DNA of 64,000 nucleotides. It comes from an uncultured Bacteroidales bacterium. Lineage in GTDB: Bacteria > Bacteroidota > Bacteroidia > Bacteroidales > UBA1715. The stretch covers positions 2,470-66,469 of the forward strand of contig CAYFVM010000007.1 of the NCBI GenBank assembly GCA_964346725.1, read 5' to 3'. The position numbers were made by a program, and so were the translations under genes. Shown one piece after another: positions 1-7,976 of this stretch (positions are counted from its first letter, which is position 1; each line of letters begins with the position of its first letter). The notes beneath the pieces were generated by a model that worked only from the letters and a program-made list of their open reading frames with translations, did not search any database and was not told the origin of the DNA.

Positions 1-78
1 ATTCACGCTGGTTATATGGAGAAGAGGCTCAACCTGATAAACAGAATTGGGCTGCTGATTCTTTAGAGGTAGGACAAC

Positions 79-1329
79 ATGTGGAAGAATAAACTATTCG
101 TAGTGTGGTTTTTATGCATGGCGCAGGTGGCATGGGGGCAACAGCCGAATTATCCCTGTGTGGTTGATTCCATGAATACCATACAAATTCCCCAGGGTAC
201 AAGTGAACGCTTGAATTGTTTCTACTCAAAATTCTATGAAGTAATTACCTCCAGGAGCGGACAACTTTCGGTTATGCACATTGGAGGCTCGCACATTCAA
301 GCCGATATATTTTCGCACCAAGTTCGTTCGCATTTTGATTCATTGTTTCCCGACTCGCATACCAGTCGCGGCATCATTTTTCCGTATGAAACGGCTCGCA
401 CCAACAATCCGTGGAACTATACCGTGTCGCACAAAGGCACATGGGAGGCTTCGCGCAATGTGAGAGAAGAACGCAGAGCGGAATTGGGCGTTACTGGTAT
501 AGCCGTCACTACGGTTGATTCTGTTGCGGAAATTACGGTACACCTTAACCACGAGAAAGAACAAGGTCGTTGGAAGTTTACACGTCTTACCTTGCTTGGC
601 ACTCCCGAAAGTTCTTTGGTTGAACCTATTTTGCTTGTAAACGATACCGTGCTCACGGCAAAATATGACTCCGTGCATTCGGTGTATGTGTACACCTTGG
701 AGCACGAAGCCGAGACATTTACCCTCAACATTGTGCAACGCGATACGGTGATGCACGCATTTACGGTAAATGGCTTTTTAGTCGAAAATAATAATCCAGG
801 TATAGTGTATCATGCTATAGGCGTGAATGGTGCATCGGTTCCGTCGTATTTGTCGTGCGAAAACTTTGAGCGCGATTTGGCGCTTCTTCATCCCGATTTG
901 ATTGTGTTTGGCATTGGCATAAACGATGCTTCGATGGATACGTTTACCGACTCGGCATTTATAGCGCAATATGATTCGCTTATAGCAATGATAGAGCGCG
1001 TGGTGCCCGATTGTGCATACATTTTTGTAACCAATAACGATTCGTACCGAAAAATTAAATCAGGCAGGGCATCATATTACGAAGTGAACCGAAACGGTTT
1101 GCGCGTGCAGCGCGATTTCTACGAACTTGCCATAAAGCACGATGGCGGTGTGTGGGATATGTTTGCCATAATGGGAGGCTTGCATTCCATGAAACAATGG
1201 GAGGCATTCGGTTTGGCTAAAAAAGACAAGGTGCACTTTACCTACAAAGGCTACAAGTTGCTCGGCAATCTGTTTTTTACCGCATTGATTGAGTCGTACA
1301 ACAAAACAATGATAGAAAAACAATGGTAG
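79..1329 (+). CDS. SGNH/GDSL-family hydrolase/acyltransferase with a signal peptide; probable periplasmic partner of the downstream MBOAT
   Basis: 416-aa ORF with a hydrophobic N-terminus (MWKNKLFVVWFLCMAQVAWG). SGNH-like blocks are HIGGSH (block I), GIGINDA (block III) and DKVHFT (block V, D-x-x-H). Its stop overlaps the next ATG (ATGGTAG at 1323-1329). Confidence 0.7.
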   Translation: MWKNKLFVVWFLCMAQVAWGQQPNYPCVVDSMNTIQIPQGTSERLNCFYSKFYEVITSRSGQLSVMHIGGSHIQADIFSHQVRSHFDSLFPDSHTSRGIIFPYETARTNNPWNYTVSHKGTWEASRNVREERRAELGVTGIAVTTVDSVAEITVHLNHEKEQGRWKFTRLTLLGTPESSLVEPILLVNDTVLTAKYDSVHSVYVYTLEHEAETFTLNIVQRDTVMHAFTVNGFLVENNNPGIVYHAIGVNGASVPSYLSCENFERDLALLHPDLIVFGIGINDASMDTFTDSAFIAQYDSLIAMIERVVPDCAYIFVTNNDSYRKIKSGRASYYEVNRNGLRVQRDFYELAIKHDGGVWDMFAIMGGLHSMKQWEAFGLAKKDKVHFTYKGYKLLGNLFFTALIESYNKTMIEKQW

Positions 1330-3170
1330 TTGATTTCTTGAAAAACATATTTTCGTTTGACCCCAACTCGCCGTTGTTGTTTACCCAATTTTATTTCTGG
1401 GTGTTTTTCGCCTTCGTGTTTACCGCGTTTTCGTTGTTCAAGAGCAAAGTATTGTTGCGAAACACGTTCATTTTCTTCGTAAGCGTATTTTTCTATTACA
1501 AAACAAGCGGGTGGGCAACGCTCATATTGATTTTTGCCACCCTGTTCAACTATTGGGTGGGAATAACCATAGAGCGGAGCGAGAGCGAACGACGTCGGTC
1601 GAGGTATCTGTTGCTGGGCTTGGTGTTGAACTTGGGCACGCTCTGCTACTTCAAATATTCGTATTTCTTTGCCGACATGGTGTATAACCTTGTTGGGTTG
1701 CAAATGCCGGTGGTGAACGTGTTTTCTGAGATAGGAAACGTGTTTGCAGGCAAAGAAACGTTTACCATTGATAAAATTATACTCCCCGTAGGTATTTCGT
1801 TCTACACGTTTCAGTGCATTAGTTACATAATGGACGTGTATCGCGAAAAAGTGAAGGCTGTTCAAAATATTATGAATTTTGGCTTCTACGTCACGTTTTT
1901 CCCTCAGTTGGTGGCGGGCCCTATTATTCGTGCAAGCGAATTTATTCCGCAGATATACAGAGAATATACAATCTCGCGTCGCCAGTTTGGTATAGCCGTG
2001 TTTTGGATATTAAACGGTTTAGCCAAGAAGATAATTTTGAGCGATTATTTGGCGGTGAATTTTGTTGATCGCGTGTTCGACAATCCCTTGCTCTACACCG
2101 GGTTTGAAAATCTTGTTGCATTGTTTGGCTACTCACTGCAAGTATATGCCGATTTTTCGGGCTATACCGATATAGCCATAGGCGTGGCAATGATTATGGG
2201 CTTTTATTTGCCGCGAAACTTCGATTCACCCTACAAGGCAACCAATCCCGGTGAGTTTTGGAAACGCTGGCACATTTCCCTTTCCAAATGGTTGCAAGAC
2301 TATTTATACATACCACTTGGCGGAAATCGCACCGCATCGGTGGGGACGTATGCTTGCATATTGACCATTGCGCTCATCGGCATCATTTTGTCGGGCAGTA
2401 TATGGGTGGCAATTATTCTCATTGCATTCGCTTTGATAGTAACGTTTTGTTGCCATCATTCACCCGAAAAGAAGAAATCGCTTACCTCAAATATGAACCG
2501 AATGAACACCATGTTGTTGGGCGGTTTATGGCATGGCGCAAGTTGGAACTTTATGATATGGGGCGGACTCAACGGCATAGGGTTGGTGGTGTACCGTTTC
2601 TGGAAAGATTTTGGACATCCTATGCGCTTGTTTATTATTTCTCTTGTCACCGCTACGTGTTTTGCAATGCGCTTGTATTTTCCTGCCCCCATTTGGAACA
2701 TAGCCTTGGCGTGGTCGGGAGCTATTTGGGTAGGTACATTTTTACGTTGTTTATACAACATAATTGGATTCAAAAACCCGTTGCCTGCACTTGAGCGAGC
2801 GTGGGCGGTATTGCAAACGTTTGTGTTCATTACCTGGACGCGATTGTTTTTCCGTGCAGGTTCCAATCTCGACCCAGCCGAAGCCAATGACGTGGCATGG
2901 AGTACGGCCAAAAATATGGTACAACAAATTGGCTCATCGTGGGATTTGGCACAAGTGCCCGAAATTGCCCTCAGTTATGCCAATATACTGTTGCTTTTTG
3001 TTGCAGGAATGATAATTCACTGGCTACCCGAAAACTTTAAACGCCGTTATCGGTTGTTCTTCTCGCGAATGCCTTTGCCTCTCATGGCAGTGTGCGTGGC
3101 GTGCATTGTGTTTGTCATCTACCAATTCATTACCGCCGATTTGCAGAAGTTTATTTATTTCCAGTTCTAA
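1323..3170 (+). CDS. MBOAT-family membrane-bound O-acyltransferase (AlgI/DltB/PatA-like)
   Basis: 615-aa polytopic ORF. MBOAT signatures are WHISLSKWLQDYLYIPLGGNR and the catalytic-His region GGLWHGASWNF. It is translationally coupled to the SGNH gene. Confidence 0.9.
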   Translation: MVVDFLKNIFSFDPNSPLLFTQFYFWVFFAFVFTAFSLFKSKVLLRNTFIFFVSVFFYYKTSGWATLILIFATLFNYWVGITIERSESERRRSRYLLLGLVLNLGTLCYFKYSYFFADMVYNLVGLQMPVVNVFSEIGNVFAGKETFTIDKIILPVGISFYTFQCISYIMDVYREKVKAVQNIMNFGFYVTFFPQLVAGPIIRASEFIPQIYREYTISRRQFGIAVFWILNGLAKKIILSDYLAVNFVDRVFDNPLLYTGFENLVALFGYSLQVYADFSGYTDIAIGVAMIMGFYLPRNFDSPYKATNPGEFWKRWHISLSKWLQDYLYIPLGGNRTASVGTYACILTIALIGIILSGSIWVAIILIAFALIVTFCCHHSPEKKKSLTSNMNRMNTMLLGGLWHGASWNFMIWGGLNGIGLVVYRFWKDFGHPMRLFIISLVTATCFAMRLYFPAPIWNIALAWSGAIWVGTFLRCLYNIIGFKNPLPALERAWAVLQTFVFITWTRLFFRAGSNLDPAEANDVAWSTAKNMVQQIGSSWDLAQVPEIALSYANILLLFVAGMIIHWLPENFKRRYRLFFSRMPLPLMAVCVACIVFVIYQFITADLQKFIYFQF

Positions 3171-3176
3171 GGAAAT

Positions 3177-3222
3177 AGATTCCTCTCCAAGTGGTCGTCA
3201 TTCCGAGCGGAGCGAGGAATCT
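3177..3222 (+). repeat. Inverted-repeat element just after the MBOAT stop; possible terminator or REP-like element
   Basis: AGATTCCTC (3177-3185) is the exact reverse complement of GAGGAATCT (3214-3222). The loop contains gtcgtcattccgagcggagcgaggaatc, a motif type I recall as recurrent in Bacteroidota intergenic DNA. That recollection was not checked. Confidence 0.4.
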
Positions 3223-4088
3223 CACGTTTAGAACTCCACATGTATAAAACAACCTTCGGGAGTCGAACCAAGAAAGCTATGGTATAAACTCGCAACAGTA
3301 TCTTTTGCTAATACCGAAGTAACAAAAGGCGCACGTTTGTGCCTTACTGTCGTGTCTATCAATACAAATCCATACGTTGCTGACAACGTTCATCCTATGA
3401 GTCATGCTAAACTTGATATAGAAGTCTCTACGTTCAGTTAGCATTCAGGGTTATCGGTTGCTGCGTCAATACACGATACGAAAACATTTACGCTCAATGA
3501 TTTTCTTGTTGCAACACATGCTGACGGTCTAATGGCTACAATATATGCGAGAATTCCTTATAGCGAACAACATCTATTTATAATGATGATTACAAACCTA
3601 ACGATAGGGATTGTGATTATCATGTATATAGTATTTCGGTAATAAGTTTAAGGAAAATGAAAAAGTGATGACTGATTTATGGTTGCTAAGCACTCCAGTT
3701 CGTCAATCATCACTTTGTTTATGCAAATAAACAAATTATAATATAAAAGTCAAGAACGAATTATGAAAAATTACGCAAGCACAAGCGACGAAAAAGATTT
3801 ACAAACGCTTACATCTATAAAAAATAATGTGGCATTTAGTGCTTTAATCGCATTAAAACAAAAAATAATAGATTTATTAAGTGGCGTATCGGATCAAGCA
3901 AAATTATTATAGTAGAAAAAAAATGACTGCACAAAAACAGGGAAAACAATAGATATAAATTTTCAGGGACAAGTTCTGGAGCAGAGGGCGAAAGTATTGA
4001 ACTAAACGACAAATATATTTATGTGAAAATGGAACTGTTACTCGTGCCAAAAAATATTTTTTTTTTGTAAAAGTAAAAAATTATTGAT

Positions 4089-4484
4089 ATGGATTTTACT
4101 CCTTATAAAATAAGTAAATTCAACGGTTATGCAATTGCAGACGATATTACATTTTTATCTATTGTAATTTTGTTTATTGCTATAAAAAAACAATTGCAAT
4201 ATTTGTTTATTGTTTCATTAGTTGTTTTGGTTTTTGCTATTTTATTGGTTTTATATCAATCCATTTGTGGTTATTCTGTTGTTAAAAACGAATCCGATTC
4301 GGAATTAAAGAACTTGCCAGATTCCGATGAAGAAAAATGTTATAACGTAAAAGATTACGCAAAAAGTTTAGATGAATTCGCAATTACAAAGACAAAAGAT
4401 GTTTATAAAATTGGCGATGGGGACATGCAAAGGTCAATAAAGATTATAGCGTTTCTATGCAAACAATATTTTTGGGTCGTTTAG
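4089..4484 (+). CDS. Orphan small membrane protein (two predicted TM helices plus an acidic C-terminal tail)
   Basis: 131-aa ORF with hydrophobic stretches ITFLSIVILFIAI and LFIVSLVVLVFAILLVLY. The DNA is very AT-rich: hand counts give 16/60 G+C for 4081-4140 and 11/60 for 4141-4200. I recognise no family motif. Confidence 0.5.
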   Translation: MDFTPYKISKFNGYAIADDITFLSIVILFIAIKKQLQYLFIVSLVVLVFAILLVLYQSICGYSVVKNESDSELKNLPDSDEEKCYNVKDYAKSLDEFAITKTKDVYKIGDGDMQRSIKIIAFLCKQYFWVV

Positions 4485-4635
4485 CAAATATGGTTAAAGG
4501 AAGCGTAAAAATTGAATTAACAAAATTCAATAACGATTGCAATCGTTGGGGACAACTTTTTAATTAGTTTTTGGAAAAGTTTACTAAAATAAAAACGTAA
4601 ATACTTGATTTTTAGGCGTTTATATTTTTGCTTCG

Positions 4636-4710
4636 TGACTCCGGAGGGATTCGAACCCCCAATCTTCTGATCCGTAGTCAGAGGCATTAATCCAATTGTG
4701 CTACGGAGCC
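4636..4710 (-). tRNA. tRNA-Arg (anticodon ACG)
   Basis: The reverse complement folds as a 75-nt cloverleaf. Acceptor GGCTCCG/CGGAGTC, anticodon stem TCTGA/TCAGA with loop CT-ACG-GA, and T arm GGGGG-TTCGAAT-CCCTC. Confidence 0.9.
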
Positions 4711-4725
4711 TTTTAAAATATGGTG

Positions 4726-4733
4726 CAAATATA
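4726..4733 (-). promoter_or_regulatory. Bacteroidota -7 promoter motif (TAnnTTTG) for tRNA-Arg
   Basis: The minus strand reads TATATTTG, 15 nt upstream of the tRNA 5' end. Confidence 0.4.
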
Positions 4734-4846
4734 GACATTTTTTTTACGTGCAAGCATTTCTGCTAATTTTTTTACAGACAATTTTTGTTGTGTTTTTGTG
4801 AGAATATTATACCTTTACTACATAATAGGATTTACGTTTTCGTAAA

Positions 4847-5677
4847 ATGGAGGATTTAAATTTAATACAACCCGCTAAAGAGCAAGACACTGTTGCTTCT
4901 TTGCAGTTTGAATTGCAGGAGTTGCGAGAACGTGTAGAAAATCAGAAAAAAGAAATTCTTGAAGAAAAACGCAGGTGCGAGGATTTGTTGCGCAACATGT
5001 TGCCCGATGAAATTTATCATGAACTTCTCGTAAACGGCAAAGTTGTTCCCCAATTTTACAGAAATGTTACGGTTATGTTTACCGATTTTGTGGGATTTAC
5101 TTCCATGTGCGAACGGATAGAATTAAAGTCAATCATACAAGAACTTGATTCGCATTTTTCCAAGTTCGATGATATTTGTTCTGCACATTATATTGAAAAA
5201 ATCAAAACCATTGGCGATGCGTATATGTGTGCAGGTGGTATACCGTTGCGCAATCATAGTCATCCTATTGATGCAATTTTAGTAGCAATGGAAATAATGC
5301 GTTACGTTGATGATATCAATCGTGAGAAAATTCTCCATGGCGAAGACATTTGGAATGTGCGTATTGGTATTCATACCGGTTCGGTCATTGCAGGGGTGGT
5401 TGGAAAACGAAAATTTTTGTACGACATATGGGGCGATACCGTGAATGTGGCAAGTCGTATGGAGTCGACGAGCGCTTCCGCACGAATTAATATTTCCGGA
5501 ACAACATATGATTATGTAAAAGAATTCTTCAAATGTACGTATCGTGGAAAAATTCCCGTTAAGCATAAAAATGATGTGGATATGTATTATGTAGATGGAT
5601 TTTTACCACAATATGCAACAGACGAAACATGTTGTACCCCAAACGACGCATTTATAACAGCATTAAGAAAATTATAG
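4847..5677 (+). CDS. Class III adenylate cyclase: catalytic domain preceded only by a coiled coil and cyclase-transducer-like helix
   Basis: 276 aa. Metal-binding Asp residues lie in FTDFVGFT and IGDAYM. The adenine-specifying Lys is in EKIKTIGDAYM and the Asp in YDIWGDTVNVASRMES. The N-terminus carries heptad-like QFELQELRERVENQKKEILEEKRR followed by LLRNMLPDEIYHEL. Confidence 0.9.
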   Translation: MEDLNLIQPAKEQDTVASLQFELQELRERVENQKKEILEEKRRCEDLLRNMLPDEIYHELLVNGKVVPQFYRNVTVMFTDFVGFTSMCERIELKSIIQELDSHFSKFDDICSAHYIEKIKTIGDAYMCAGGIPLRNHSHPIDAILVAMEIMRYVDDINREKILHGEDIWNVRIGIHTGSVIAGVVGKRKFLYDIWGDTVNVASRMESTSASARINISGTTYDYVKEFFKCTYRGKIPVKHKNDVDMYYVDGFLPQYATDETCCTPNDAFITALRKL

Positions 5678-5679
5678 GA

Positions 5680-6186
5680 ATGAAAAAATTATTGACTACT
5701 CTCGTATTATTTCTCGGAGCAATCTCCGCCTTTTCGCAAATCAAATGGATATCGTTTGAAGAAGCTATGAATTTGTCAAAACAAGATGGGAAACCCATAC
5801 TTGTTGATGTCTATACTGATTGGTGCGGATGGTGCAAACGGCTTGATGCTACCACATATAAAGACACAGCCATAATAGGGTATATCAATCAGAAATTTCA
5901 TGCGGTAAAATTCAATGCGGAAATGAAAGATTCAGTCAAATACCAAGATTCGGTGTATGTGAATCAAGGAAAGACACACGATTTAGCACTCAAATTGATG
6001 AACGGACGTGCAAGTTATCCGACTACAATCTATATAGTGCCACAAAAACAAATAATTGCGCCTATTCCCGGGTATCAAACACGTGATAATATTCAGCCGT
6101 TTTTGTTTTATTTTGGCGAAGCTGTGTATGATTTAACTACCACGTGGGATTGTTTCCTTAAGGGATTCAGTGCACCTAAATTATAA
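5680..6186 (+). CDS. Secreted thioredoxin-fold protein (CxxC)
   Basis: I take the internal ATG at 5680, which gives a signal peptide MKKLLTTLVLFLGAISAFSQ. The redox motif is WCGWCK. The longer ORF starting at 5629 would overlap the cyclase. Confidence 0.85.
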   Translation: MKKLLTTLVLFLGAISAFSQIKWISFEEAMNLSKQDGKPILVDVYTDWCGWCKRLDATTYKDTAIIGYINQKFHAVKFNAEMKDSVKYQDSVYVNQGKTHDLALKLMNGRASYPTTIYIVPQKQIIAPIPGYQTRDNIQPFLFYFGEAVYDLTTTWDCFLKGFSAPKL

Positions 6187-6195
6187 TATTCATAC

Positions 6196-6924
6196 ATGAA
6201 CAACACCACAATTGCAAGTATTGACTTGACCAAAATTTTGTTTCTTGACATTGAAACGGTGCCGCAACACGAATCAGTGTCACAACTTTCGGAGGCGGAA
6301 TTGACTCTCTGGAATAAGAAATCACAACGCCTGCGCGAAGAGGGCATGAGCGATGAAGAACTTTATAAAAAAGCGGGAATTTTTGCCGAATTTGGGAAAA
6401 TCGTGTGCATATCGGTTGCCTATATGCGCAAGGTTTCAAACGAATACGAACTTCGTGTGCGCTCGTTTTATGACGACGACGAACGAAAACTGCTCACCGA
6501 TTTTATGGAATTGGTGAATGCGTATTTCAATACCAAGAAAACGTATTTCTGTGCCCACAACGGTTATGAATTCGATTTTCCGTACATAGCACGTCGTGCG
6601 TTGATTCTCGGCATTAAAGTACCGAATACCTTGGATACGCGAGGGAAAAAGCCATGGGAAATACAGCATCTTGATACGCTTGATTTATGGCGTTTTGCCG
6701 ATTATAAAAATTACACCTCGTTGGCCTTGCTTGCCCACGTGTTTGGCATTCCAACACCCAAAGACGACATTGATGGTTCGCAGGTGGGTGATGTGTATTG
6801 GAAAGAAAATAATCTGCAACGAATTGCCACCTATTGCCAGAAAGACGTGGTTACTGTGGCGCAGTTATTTAGAAAATATCGAAGTGAGGAATTGATTCCT
6901 GAAAATAAAATAATTTACGTGTAA
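6196..6924 (+). CDS. RNase H-fold 3'-5' exonuclease (DEDDy; resembles the exonuclease domain of PolB)
   Basis: 242 aa. Exo I is LFLDIET, Exo II is AHNGYEFDFPY and Exo III is YCQKDV. Confidence 0.7.
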   Translation: MNNTTIASIDLTKILFLDIETVPQHESVSQLSEAELTLWNKKSQRLREEGMSDEELYKKAGIFAEFGKIVCISVAYMRKVSNEYELRVRSFYDDDERKLLTDFMELVNAYFNTKKTYFCAHNGYEFDFPYIARRALILGIKVPNTLDTRGKKPWEIQHLDTLDLWRFADYKNYTSLALLAHVFGIPTPKDDIDGSQVGDVYWKENNLQRIATYCQKDVVTVAQLFRKYRSEELIPENKIIYV

Positions 6925-6926
6925 AC

Positions 6927-7976
6927 ATGAGTGTGCAAAAACGTTTTCCGGCAGAGTGGGAACCTCAAGATTGTGTACAACTGACGTGGCCGCATCGTGC
7001 TACCGATTTTGTAAATGTGTATGAGACTGCTGTTGCCTGTTTTGTAAATATAGCCAAAGCCATAAGCACATACCAAAAGCTGGTGATTGCCTGCAAATCC
7101 GTTACTGATGTAAAGAAAGAACTCGGCTCGGTGTACAATGAAAATATAACATTGATAGAAGTTGATACCAACGACGTTTGGGCACGCGACCACGGAGCTA
7201 TTACCGTGTACGAAGATGGCAAGCCGGTGTTGTACGATTTCACGTTTAACGGCTGGGGACAAAAATTTCAGGCAGAGAAAGACAACAAAATCACCGAACA
7301 ACTCTATCGAAAAGGCTGTTTCTCGGGAGCAGGCTACCGTGCGTTCCCCGATTTTGTACTCGAAGGCGGTTCAATAGAATCCGATGGTAAAGGAACCATG
7401 CTCACAACCGAATCGTGTTTGTTGAGCAAATTCCGCAATCCGTCATTGACAAAAGCCGACATAGAGCAGTTTTTGAAACAAACATTCAACATACAGCGAG
7501 TGCTTTGGCTTGCACACGGCGAGCTTGCCGGTGACGATACCGATGGACACATAGATACACTTGCACGTTTAGTGAACGAACACGCTATTGCCTACGTTTC
7601 GTGTGACGATGCGAACGACGAACATTTTGCCGAACTCCAAGCGATGAAAAAAGAACTCGAAGCGTTTGTAACTGCCGAAGGTAAACCATATACGTTGATT
7701 CCGTTACCAATGGCTTCGGCAAAATTTGACGAAGACGGAAATCGGATACCGGCCACCTATGCAAATTTCTTGATTATGAACGAAGTGGTGCTTTTGCCAA
7801 TCTATGATTGCGCCACCGATGCCAAAGCGGTTGAGACAATTAAAAATACGTTTGCAAATAAGAAAGTTTTGCCAATTGATTGTTCTGTATTACTTTTGCA
7901 ACATGGTTCATTGCATTGTGTAACTATGCAATATCCACAAGGAGTGTTATCTAACAATGGTACGAATGGAAAATAA
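6927..7976 (+). CDS. aguA: Agmatine deiminase
   Basis: 349 aa. Motifs WARDHGAITV, EGGSIESDGKGT and TDGHIDTLARL, plus the C-terminal catalytic Cys in GSLHCVTMQ. Confidence 0.9.
   Translation: MSVQKRFPAEWEPQDCVQLTWPHRATDFVNVYETAVACFVNIAKAISTYQKLVIACKSVTDVKKELGSVYNENITLIEVDTNDVWARDHGAITVYEDGKPVLYDFTFNGWGQKFQAEKDNKITEQLYRKGCFSGAGYRAFPDFVLEGGSIESDGKGTMLTTESCLLSKFRNPSLTKADIEQFLKQTFNIQRVLWLAHGELAGDDTDGHIDTLARLVNEHAIAYVSCDDANDEHFAELQAMKKELEAFVTAEGKPYTLIPLPMASAKFDEDGNRIPATYANFLIMNEVVLLPIYDCATDAKAVETIKNTFANKKVLPIDCSVLLLQHGSLHCVTMQYPQGVLSNNGTNGK

Noticed and set aside
1-66. Open frame IHAGYMEKRLNLINRIGLLIL ending at TAG 64-66, possibly the 3' end of an upstream plus-strand gene
   Set aside because: Only 21 codons are visible, with no motif, so it cannot be supported as a feature.
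3257-3300. Possible degenerate tRNA or pseudo-tRNA on the minus strand (contains GGTTCGACTCC, which is T-loop-like)
   Set aside because: The flanking bases do not form a T stem, acceptor stem or anticodon arm. It is kept only as a weak att-like similarity in the findings.
4517-4753. 78-codon minus-strand ORF
   Set aside because: It reads straight through the tRNA-Arg gene (4636-4710), so it is an artefact of ORF calling.
4089-6186. Possible Pycsar/CBASS-like defence pair (a class III cyclase next to a small TM protein)
   Set aside because: The cyclase carries the purine/adenine-selecting Lys and Asp (KIKTIGDAYM, YDIWG), not the altered pocket expected for pyrimidine cyclases. The two-TM ORF is separated from it by an oppositely oriented tRNA gene and is too short to hold a cNMP-binding domain. 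The downstream gene is an ordinary secreted thioredoxin-fold protein.
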